Shown here piece after piece: positions 7,483 through 14,508 of a stretch of 17,383 nucleotides of DNA. The stretch lies in the NCBI RefSeq assembly GCF_035285525.1, contig NZ_JAYKGW010000055.1, positions 1 through 17,383 on the forward strand, in the 5' to 3' direction. Made by a program: the position numbers and the translations under genes. Every line of letters starts with the position of its first letter. Position 1 is the stretch's first letter. Origin of the DNA: Okeania sp. (GTDB taxonomy: Bacteria; Cyanobacteriota; Cyanobacteriia; Cyanobacteriales; Microcoleaceae). Under the pieces are notes generated by a model. That model was given only the letters and a program-made list of their open reading frames with translations, did no database searches and was not told the DNA's origin.

Positions 7483-8946
7483 TCATTCCCTAACATCATC
7501 ATCAGGCAAATAGAATGTCACATTATTGCTATTATTTTTCTCATCATCTTGGATTAACCTTTCACCTTCCTTAATCACCCAATCTGTAAACCTTTCTTCC
7601 TCATATATAACCCATTGGTTGTTCTCATTTTTAACAATCCATCTTGTCTCATTAGATAATCTTTGAAGTAACTTGTAATATTCTATTTTATTTTCTTGAG
7701 ACAGTTCCTCTTGGGTGATTAAAAGTTCTTGTTCAATACTACTCCACTTATTATTATCAATCACTTCTAATAATTTATCCAAAAATTTGGTTCCTGCTCC
7801 TTCTATTGGTAAAGTTATTGTTTTAGCAGCTTTTTTAGGTTTACGAGGGGGAGGAATTTCAATTCCTATTCCTAATAAAATAATAAAACCATCAACAAGT
7901 AGAGCCATAAAAGCTGCTCCAATAGCTGCTTCTTCACCCTTTTCAATTTTCAGAAAAGGTTCAATAATTCTAACTCTAGCATCTTCATCAAAATACTTTG
8001 CTTGGAGTTCTTTATATTTGGGATTTAAAGGGTCTAAACTACCATTATATTTTTCTGGCAAACAAACAAATTCTGGTTCTGTTGGTAAACATTTTGGTTT
8101 AACTTCAGCTAAAGCTTTACGACCTGCATCAAAAATTTCTTGTGGTTCTTTTCCTTCTAATTCATATTCAAAAAAAGGTCTTAGTTCATCAGCTACTCGC
8201 TTAACTCCATTGAATCTAATTTGCAGTTGATTTTTTTCTCTGGTTAGTTGTTGAAATTTAGGTCCTTCTCCTTCTCTGAAAGTGCCTCCTGTTCCACCTA
8301 CTTCATCTTTTATTTGTTTATTTTTGGCGTTAATTTCATCTTCTAATTGTTGAGCTTTTTCTTCAATAGGAGTAAAAATTTCATTGACTAAATTTTGATG
8401 AGCAGATATTGCTCTATTTAAGCCATCTTTTTCTCGTGTTTCTGACACTAAAGTATCATAATAAGCAAAGAAACTTGTATAAACACTGACTATAGAAAAG
8501 GAACCTACAGCCATCCATTTTAACCAACGAGCGTGTTTGAGAGTGGAGCCTGAAGTTAATAGAAATAATAATGCTTGAATAGTGGCACCACCAGACCAAC
8601 CTACATATTTAGGTAAAATTTGTGCTGCTCCATACATGGTTGTAAATCCACTGGTAATGTTGAGGATAATTAATGCTATAAATAGTTTAAAATCTTTTTT
8701 GGGTTTTGGCTCGGTGTATATTTTATTGTTTTCGTTATAAGTTATTATATTGTTTCTATTATTTCGGTTATTATCTATCAAGTAGGAATCGGTTTTTACA
8801 ACATCTTTTGTGTTTCTTTGGTAAGGTTTTTTTCTGTTACATCCTGGTTCGCGACACTCGTTTTCGTCTGGTGACATTTTTTGTAGGATATGGCGATTAT
8901 TTGGATATCCGGTGCATTCCCAAAATCCATTTTCTTGATTGTTCAT
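7483..8946 (-). CDS. Membrane protein: N-terminal Cys/His knuckle, 3 TM helices, coiled coil, 4th TM helix, C-terminal soluble domain. Putative effector of the GTPase cluster
   Basis: 487-aa ORF. C11, H19, C31 and C36 lie in WECTGYPNNRHILQKMSPDENECREPGC, followed by an N/R-rich linker. Hydrophobic helices are at about 86-108, 119-136, 141-163 and 340-364. Residues 165-260 are charged and heptad-like (EEKAQQLEDEINAKNKQIKDE..., REKNQLQIRF). After PPPRKPKK comes a ~120-aa C-terminal domain. No enzyme motif was recognised. Confidence 0.85.
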   Translation of the reverse strand: MNNQENGFWECTGYPNNRHILQKMSPDENECREPGCNRKKPYQRNTKDVVKTDSYLIDNNRNNRNNIITYNENNKIYTEPKPKKDFKLFIALIILNITSGFTTMYGAAQILPKYVGWSGGATIQALLFLLTSGSTLKHARWLKWMAVGSFSIVSVYTSFFAYYDTLVSETREKDGLNRAISAHQNLVNEIFTPIEEKAQQLEDEINAKNKQIKDEVGGTGGTFREGEGPKFQQLTREKNQLQIRFNGVKRVADELRPFFEYELEGKEPQEIFDAGRKALAEVKPKCLPTEPEFVCLPEKYNGSLDPLNPKYKELQAKYFDEDARVRIIEPFLKIEKGEEAAIGAAFMALLVDGFIILLGIGIEIPPPRKPKKAAKTITLPIEGAGTKFLDKLLEVIDNNKWSSIEQELLITQEELSQENKIEYYKLLQRLSNETRWIVKNENNQWVIYEEERFTDWVIKEGERLIQDDEKNNSNNVTFYLPDDDVRE

Positions 8947-8995
8947 AACAAAAAGAGTCTATTAATTTAACTAAGTTTTTCTTGGCTGATGGTGA

Positions 8996-9117
8996 GCTAA
9001 GAAGCATTTAAAGTGCTTTTTAGGAATTCAGAATTCAGAATCCAGACTTCATAAGAAATAAGGGTTACATTCTTAACTAGGTAGAGAAGAAATATGGGGT
9101 TTAAACGTTGAACAGCT
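8996..9117 (-). repeat. 122-bp element, copy A, located 50-170 nt upstream of the 487-aa gene start
   Basis: It aligns without gaps to 14066-14187 at roughly 80% identity by eye. Identical runs include aaagtgctttttaggaatt, attacattcttaactag and aaatatggggtttaaa. Confidence 0.8.
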
Positions 9118-9348
9118 TAATTGTAAAATTTGCCAATAAATTTCATTATAGCAAATATAGTAATCTTATTTGATTCGTGTAAAAAATTCAAAAGCTTTTA
9201 GGGAATAGGGAAGAAAGAATAGGCAATAGACAAGAGTTTCAGTTCTTTTTATTTACTTTTTGATTTGTCACAACCTATTTAATATTTCTATACTAAATTT
9301 AGATTTAATTTCTGTGTAAAATATCTAAGATATTTCTCAAGGCATTTT

Positions 9349-9561
9349 AAGCATTCATTCGTCAGCTATCAGCTATTAGATGTAGCTTCTAGTCCCTGAT
9401 AAAAACTTTATTAATTGAGCCAAAAAAATCTTACTACAAAATCCAGTTTACTTAACATTAGAGTTCATATTAATTGAAATTATGTCCTTAAGCACAGATT
9501 CTTTTTGCTGATAGCTGACTGCTAATAGCTGTTTGCGCAGCATGACCCAGGAAATGCTTAC
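9349..9561. repeat. Palindromic MITE-like dispersed element abutting the stop codon of the 909-aa gene
   Basis: In the left arm aagcattcattcgtcagctatcagc, gtcagctatcagc (9361-9373) pairs perfectly with gctgatagctgac (9507-9519). The outer aagcatt pairs with aatgctt. The terminal 27 nt, gcgcagcatgacccaggaaatgcttac (9535-9561), are identical to 14382-14408. Confidence 0.6.
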
Positions 9562-12290
9562 TAAGGCATTACTTCATTATATGATATCTCACTTTTAACA
9601 TTATGCTCGGCGTAACGCATAATTTCTAATAGCTTTGAATAATCGTAGAAAAGCCAACATTTTTTCAGGAAATTTTTCAGACTTTGAAGGTCTTTAAATT
9701 GACTGATTATTTCTTTAGCACATTCTATCAAATACTTCTTTTCTTCCTCAAAAAAATTCTTGGCTCTCTCAGACAAATTAGTTAAGGTTAAGGATAATGA
9801 ATCTGCACTTAAACGCCAGTGAATATTTATTAATTCTAGACAATCTTTATTGCTTAATTTTGATAAGATAACTTCAGATGTTAGCAAATTCCATAATTTT
9901 TCATCAATTGATTTTTGCTGATGCCAAATTTCAGTAATGTACTCTATAAGTTCTCCACTAATTAATTCGATAGGAGTATCATTACTTAAATCTAACTTTT
10001 CATGTTTATTTGCCCAATAAATAAATTTAGGTACATATTTATGGTAAGTACTTGTTAAATGTTCTCGCATTTTTCTCAATGTTTTGCGATTCAGTAATTC
10101 CCAAGCTTTACTAGCTATAAATTCTGCTTCTATCTCTTTATTTTCTGGATAAGTATCTAATAATTGTAGCCATGTTTCTAGCATCTCAACAGGAAAACCT
10201 TTTCCTACAGTTTTATCCAGAAAATTTGTTCTGTCTATATCATTATTACAAAGAAAATTTGAGAGATTTTGCCAATTTATCCAGCGATTAGAATTACTAG
10301 CTCTAATTAATTTACTTAAAATTGAAATCAAGTCAACTTTGTCTAAAGATTTTTCTGGAGAATTATCTTGAAAATATTGGGAATTAAACCATTCATAAAC
10401 TGCCATGAAATAATTTGTCTGAAACTGTACTCTTTGTTCTGAAAAAGTAACACTCTTTTGAATTGCAGACTCCAATAATGGTAAAGTTTTTTGATAAGTT
10501 ACTAAGTGTGACTGTAGACAAATAAGATAAAGTTTATTAGCTTCAGAATTAGTAAGCTTTAAATCATTAGCAATCTCAGGAATATGGAAAATACCTTTGT
10601 CTTTTTCCAATAAATAGAAAGTTAAATAATCTAATGTATCAGGAAAATTTTTCTGCCAAGATTTCTTTAAATGACTTTGGGCAAAAGTTTCTTTATCTAA
10701 AAGAGGAAAAAGTCGTTCAATAAACAAATGTTTAAAATTATCTCTGGTAATTCTAACTAATGCTAAATCCCATAAGTGGAATTTCTCTTTTTCAGAACGA
10801 AATATCTTTTCACAACCAATTATTAGTTCTTCCAGTTCTTGATAATCTGAATAATTTTTAGAACGTTTTTCTATTAGTTGAAAGCAATCATTTTGTAGCT
10901 CTTGTAAAATATCATCTCTAATATTTTTATCCGTAAACCAATCTATAAACTTATTGGCAATGAGAATTTCTAGAGAATCAAAAAATTTATGATCTGCTTT
11001 TACTATCTCTAAAAATTTATCTGGCAAAAAACGATAGATTGTAAATAACAAACTCAGTATTAAACTGCCATTATTTCCAGATATTGGCAATGCTTTCCAG
11101 AGAAGTTCTAAAAGTTTTAAATTATTTCTATTTTGGGCTGATGAATTTTCCCAAAACTTATGCACCAGAAAATTTTGTACCTTATCTTCCATTCGAGAAA
11201 TATACTTGCCCAAAGTTTCAATTTTGTCTGGTTTCTCTGGTAGGTATTTAAAGATAAAATCTAGTGATGGATTATTTAACTTCAACCAACCATCTACTTC
11301 CTCAAACTCCCAAACTAAATCATCAGAATTATCCTTAGTATTCTTGTCAAGGTACTCACATATAGTAATTAAATCTTCATATTTATCTTTGTTCGGAGCA
11401 ATAAAATATTGAACATATTCATGGTTGAGAAATTCCTCTTTATCAAACTCATATTTATTAAAATCTAGCCACACCATATTTTCAGGTAAAGAACCTATTC
11501 CAGAACCATCTAAATTAACTATTATTTGTGCCCACTTACAATATTTAGGCTCAACCGAACCTATAGCTAAAGATATTTGATTACGCATATTAGTAGGCAA
11601 AAAAAGCAAAATATTATCTAGTAGTTTAAGGGCTAAATTTTTTGCCTTTTGTTCAGCAGTAAGCAATAATCTTTTACCGTTCAAAATTACTGATAATGCT
11701 TGAAGTAAAATATCTTTCCCATTTTCGGGAAGTCTTTTCCATGTTTCTCTTATTGTATTCTTGACTTTTTCATCTGTACCTTCTTCTGCTGGTAATAAAT
11801 TAAGAAAACTTTCTTTTCCTAAAAGCCAAGAATTTTTCTCAGAATCATAAGGTAAATTCACATCACTAAAACTTGGTATTGTCAGATCGCTAAGAGTTCT
11901 TAATAACCAAAAAATTCGGTTGTTAAATGCAGCCATTTCTGCTTCAGAAACAAAAACATAACGGTGCTGAAAAAATGACCGACTGCCACTTCTCAAAAAG
12001 AAATTTTTATCTTTATTAAAAGCAGGAGCGGTTTGAATAAGTATAATTTTTTTGCTAGATAAAACTTGAGTATTATTTCGACAAATTCCTACAGCTTGAG
12101 GATTTTGTTCACCACTTTGACTGCCCCAAAAAGAATAATTTGTTTCTGCAATATCTGCCAAATCTGATAAATTATTGTTTAAATTTTCACTGTAAGAAAC
12201 TATGCGGTATCCACTTTCTTTTCCGACAAACTTACCGTAGATAAACTGGTCAAACTTAGATGTTTGTGACATGATATATTTCTCCTTCAT
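9561..12290 (-). CDS. Large (903-909 aa) predominantly alpha-helical protein with a GAP1-like (GTPase-associated protein 1) N-terminal signature; function unknown
   Basis: Uninterrupted 909-codon ORF. The likely true start is the ATG at 12272 (M7), because a perfect AAGGAG (12287-12282) lies 9 nt upstream of it. The N-terminus FDQFIYGKFVGKESGYRIVSYSENL fits the pattern hydrophobic-Q-h-h-Y/H-G-...-G-[YHF]-R-h-h-x-x-S that I recall from GAP1 N-domains. The remaining ~650 aa are L/K/E/N/F-rich with a helical-repeat character and no catalytic motif. Confidence 0.9.
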   Translation of the reverse strand: MKEKYIMSQTSKFDQFIYGKFVGKESGYRIVSYSENLNNNLSDLADIAETNYSFWGSQSGEQNPQAVGICRNNTQVLSSKKIILIQTAPAFNKDKNFFLRSGSRSFFQHRYVFVSEAEMAAFNNRIFWLLRTLSDLTIPSFSDVNLPYDSEKNSWLLGKESFLNLLPAEEGTDEKVKNTIRETWKRLPENGKDILLQALSVILNGKRLLLTAEQKAKNLALKLLDNILLFLPTNMRNQISLAIGSVEPKYCKWAQIIVNLDGSGIGSLPENMVWLDFNKYEFDKEEFLNHEYVQYFIAPNKDKYEDLITICEYLDKNTKDNSDDLVWEFEEVDGWLKLNNPSLDFIFKYLPEKPDKIETLGKYISRMEDKVQNFLVHKFWENSSAQNRNNLKLLELLWKALPISGNNGSLILSLLFTIYRFLPDKFLEIVKADHKFFDSLEILIANKFIDWFTDKNIRDDILQELQNDCFQLIEKRSKNYSDYQELEELIIGCEKIFRSEKEKFHLWDLALVRITRDNFKHLFIERLFPLLDKETFAQSHLKKSWQKNFPDTLDYLTFYLLEKDKGIFHIPEIANDLKLTNSEANKLYLICLQSHLVTYQKTLPLLESAIQKSVTFSEQRVQFQTNYFMAVYEWFNSQYFQDNSPEKSLDKVDLISILSKLIRASNSNRWINWQNLSNFLCNNDIDRTNFLDKTVGKGFPVEMLETWLQLLDTYPENKEIEAEFIASKAWELLNRKTLRKMREHLTSTYHKYVPKFIYWANKHEKLDLSNDTPIELISGELIEYITEIWHQQKSIDEKLWNLLTSEVILSKLSNKDCLELINIHWRLSADSLSLTLTNLSERAKNFFEEEKKYLIECAKEIISQFKDLQSLKNFLKKCWLFYDYSKLLEIMRYAEHNVKSEISYNEVMP

Positions 12291-12312
12291 TAATTGATAA
12301 TTAGAGTTCGCT

Positions 12313-12363
12313 AAAAAAGTCTTTTTTCCTATTTCCTATTTTCTCCATACCTGTTCCCTAAAT
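12313..12363. repeat. Direct repeat copy 1 in the GTPase / 909-aa gene spacer
   Basis: aaaaaagtcttttttcctatttcctattttctccatacctgttccctaaa resembles the copy at 12497-12544. On the minus strand it reads TTTAGGGAACAGGTATGGAG.AATAGGAAATAGGAAAAAAG, which belongs to the GGGA(A/G)(T/C)AGG repeat class. Confidence 0.8.
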
Positions 12364-12496
12364 CAGTAAACCCTAATTATCTTTGTTTAAATCCTGACTT
12401 AGACTTAATTGAATATCAGGAAATATTCTCGCGCTTTTTTTATCCTGAAAAAGAGAGGTTTTATAACTTTATTTTTCGGTGTATTTCAGATTTGCC

Positions 12497-12544
12497 AAAA
12501 TACTTTTTTCTTATTTCCTATTCCCTCCATACCTATTCCCTAAA
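12497..12544. repeat. Direct repeat copy 2 in the GTPase / 909-aa gene spacer
   Basis: aaaatacttttttcttatttcctattccctccatacctattccctaaa lies ~183 bp from copy 1 in the same orientation. Confidence 0.8.
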
Positions 12545-12586
12545 AGAGATAAATTTTTGGCTTTATTCAAAATTGAAATGCACTCA

Positions 12587-13717
12587 CTAAAATTGTATTT
12601 CAGTATGAGAATTTGTTGAAGAAGTATTAGGAATATTTGGAGGTTGTTCCTTAATTCCTTGTATTAGCCATTCAATAGGTGAATACATATTTATTGGATT
12701 GAAAGGAACTGTCATCTCAATTCTATATTTGTTTTTAGAGTTGTTTGATTTAAACTTTTCTGTATTATTATTTTTATTGCCAAAATTTTCCACGTCTACA
12801 TCCTCTATATCCTCTGTCGAAAATATAGAATCTTCTTCAATTTTATATGTGTTATCTTTAGGTTTTTCTTCTTCGTTAGGTATCACAGGTGATTTGACAT
12901 TATTACCATCTTTATAAGTTCCAAAAGCAGAAATATAGAAGAATTGACAGCGATTTTCTAAACTAGGATTTATGTTCAATTTAGGCAAATTTTTAGAACC
13001 TTCTATTTTTAGATGAAAATAGTTTTTTAACCATGTCAACTTAGCATTTTTACCTCTTCCCAAAATATCTAGAAACATCTGTTCAGCATACTTATATTGT
13101 TCTTCATAAACCTGGAGCTTTTGATTAACTTTAGGATGATCTATTTTAGTAATGCCAAAAGCTACATATTGCTCTAATCTATTTTTATTGCTCTTGATTC
13201 GCATCAGATTAAATAATTTCATTAGTAAGATATAATAAGAATCTTCAAAACTCTGTATATCTTCCTCTAGAGGACTTAATAAAAATAAAATTCCATGACA
13301 TCCAAGAAGATAATCAACTACATTTAATTCGCGATTATTCTCTTCATAAAAGTGCTTTTCTGGATTCTCAAAAACTTCTCCAGGAAGGTCAAAGAATGTT
13401 AATTCAATGTTGGTATTGTCGCTGTTTTCAATTGTGTAAGAATATTTACTATATTCTCCTTTTTGGGTAGGATTTACAAACTCTCCTTTCTCTAAAAGTT
13501 TTGTACCTTCATAAATATAATTTGCTGTAATTTCATCAGTTGGTGTAATTCTTCCTAAATCGGATAATTCTTGATATAATCTGAGCATATAAACAGATTT
13601 TCCGGCGTTGGGAAAACCCCAAATTCCTAAACGAATTTGTGAAGGAAGAATTCGTGTTTTGGGAATTGGTTCATTGATAGATTGATTGAAAGTTTCGTTG
13701 ATTTTGGTGTTAGACAT
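12587..13717 (-). CDS. TRAFAC-class P-loop GTPase (Era/MMR_HSR1-like P-loop) with a low-complexity linker and a conserved-looking C-terminal tail
   Basis: 376-aa ORF. G1 is GFPNAGKS (aa 34-41). The candidate G2 is T84 (VNPTQ). G3 is DLPG (110-113) after the hydrophobic strand IELTFF. G4 is TKID (190-193) after YVAFGI. G5 is SAF (263-265). AAGGGGTG lies just upstream of the ATG. Residues ~280-345 are an acidic, N/K-rich low-complexity stretch, followed by YRIEMTVPFNPINMYSPIEWLIQGI. Confidence 0.85.
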   Translation of the reverse strand: MSNTKINETFNQSINEPIPKTRILPSQIRLGIWGFPNAGKSVYMLRLYQELSDLGRITPTDEITANYIYEGTKLLEKGEFVNPTQKGEYSKYSYTIENSDNTNIELTFFDLPGEVFENPEKHFYEENNRELNVVDYLLGCHGILFLLSPLEEDIQSFEDSYYILLMKLFNLMRIKSNKNRLEQYVAFGITKIDHPKVNQKLQVYEEQYKYAEQMFLDILGRGKNAKLTWLKNYFHLKIEGSKNLPKLNINPSLENRCQFFYISAFGTYKDGNNVKSPVIPNEEEKPKDNTYKIEEDSIFSTEDIEDVDVENFGNKNNNTEKFKSNNSKNKYRIEMTVPFNPINMYSPIEWLIQGIKEQPPNIPNTSSTNSHTEIQF

Positions 13718-13797
13718 AAACTCAATTCACCCCTTGGATAATTAGCTTTACTTCAATATAAATTTACCGCTAATTTAGCAGTGTAAGTATTTCGTGA

Positions 13798-13986
13798 GGA
13801 ATGCTGCGCAAACAGCTATTAGCTATTAGCTATCAGCTATCAGCTATCATTTTTTGTAAGAATTAAGCAAATTTAAGGTTGAATAATCGGCAATTTCATT
13901 TATTAGTTTTAATTTTTATTAGAGATTAATTCCTACTGCGGTTTGACAGTGAGTTAATAACTCATAGCTGACGGCTGAATGCTTAC
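13798..13986. repeat. Inverted-orientation member of the palindromic dispersed repeat family, containing five tandem heptamers
   Basis: The reverse complement of aatgctgcgcaaacagc (13800-13816), gctgtttgcgcagcatt, is an exact match to 9528-9543 (gctgtttgcgcagcat). (C/T)AGCTAT is repeated five times at 13813-13847. The partner arm is catagctgacggctgaatgcttac (13963-13986). The element lies 80-270 nt upstream of the GTPase start. Confidence 0.55.
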
Positions 13987-14065
13987 TTAGCAGTAAAGAA
14001 AAACTATAACTGGACATTCATGGAACGCCCAAATATGTTTATTATAATTGCTCTTGGTAAAATAA

Positions 14066-14187
14066 GCTAAGACAAATTTAAAGTGCTTTTTAGGAATTAA
14101 TAATTCAGAATCCATAATTAATAAGCAATAAGGATTACATTCTTAACTAGATATAAAACAAATATGGGGTTTAAATACTTAACGGCT
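14066..14187 (-). repeat. 122-bp element, copy B, located 350-470 nt upstream of the GTPase gene start
   Basis: Gap-free alignment to 8996-9117 in the same orientation. Like copy A, it is followed by a GGGA.TAGG tract and then a palindromic element ending in the identical 27-mer. Confidence 0.8.
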
Positions 14188-14301
14188 GATAGTATCATCT
14201 ATCAAAGTTAACCATTGTTTTTCTAATTCTGGTTATTCCTTTAATTCTTAAAAAGGAGTAGGGAAAGTAGGTATAATATCAAGGATGAAAAAATAACTTA
14301 T

Positions 14302-14408
14302 GTAAGCATTCAGCTATTAGTCGTCAGCTCAATCAGAATAATACTTAAACTTGAAGAAGTGCTGACAGCTCATAGCTGTTGGCGCAGCATGACCCAGGAA
14401 ATGCTTAC
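14302..14408. repeat. Short palindromic MITE-like element of the same family as 9349-9561
   Basis: gtaagcatt (14302-14310) pairs with aatgcttac (14400-14408), and gtcagc pairs with gctgac. The right arm ends with the 27-mer gcgcagcatgacccaggaaatgcttac. Confidence 0.6.
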
Positions 14409-14508
14409 CTTTTATCTAACACTAAAACAAATAGCTAATAGCTGACTGTTAAATGCTGAATGCTTATTAACTTGCTAATAACTGATAATTGATTGAATGG
14501 AGTCTCAC

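Noticed and set aside
7715-8230. 171-aa + strand ORF from the ORF track
   Set aside because: It lies entirely antisense within the 487-aa minus-strand gene. The sequence is low-complexity and S/L/K/I-rich, with no motif or RBS, which is typical of a shadow ORF in AT-rich DNA.
8706-8948. 80-aa + strand ORF
   Set aside because: It is antisense to the 5' part of the 487-aa gene. Its composition (F/Y/C/L runs) mirrors the N/R/K-rich sense frame, so it is a shadow ORF.
11206-11412. 68-aa + strand ORF
   Set aside because: It is antisense and internal to the 909-aa gene. It is serine-rich and low-complexity, with no supporting signals.
12699-12917. 72-aa + strand ORF
   Set aside because: It is antisense to the low-complexity C-terminal linker of the GTPase gene. 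It is the mirror image of an E/D/N/K-rich frame.
7483-13717. Lower G+C of the three-gene cluster as evidence of horizontal transfer
   Set aside because: I counted G+C in single 60-nt lines. The cluster gave ~25-33%, the carotenoid oxygenase gene ~30% and the ABC ATPase ~38%. The whole window is AT-rich, and the difference is too small and too sparsely sampled to support a claim. A proper sliding-window G+C and codon-usage calculation is needed.
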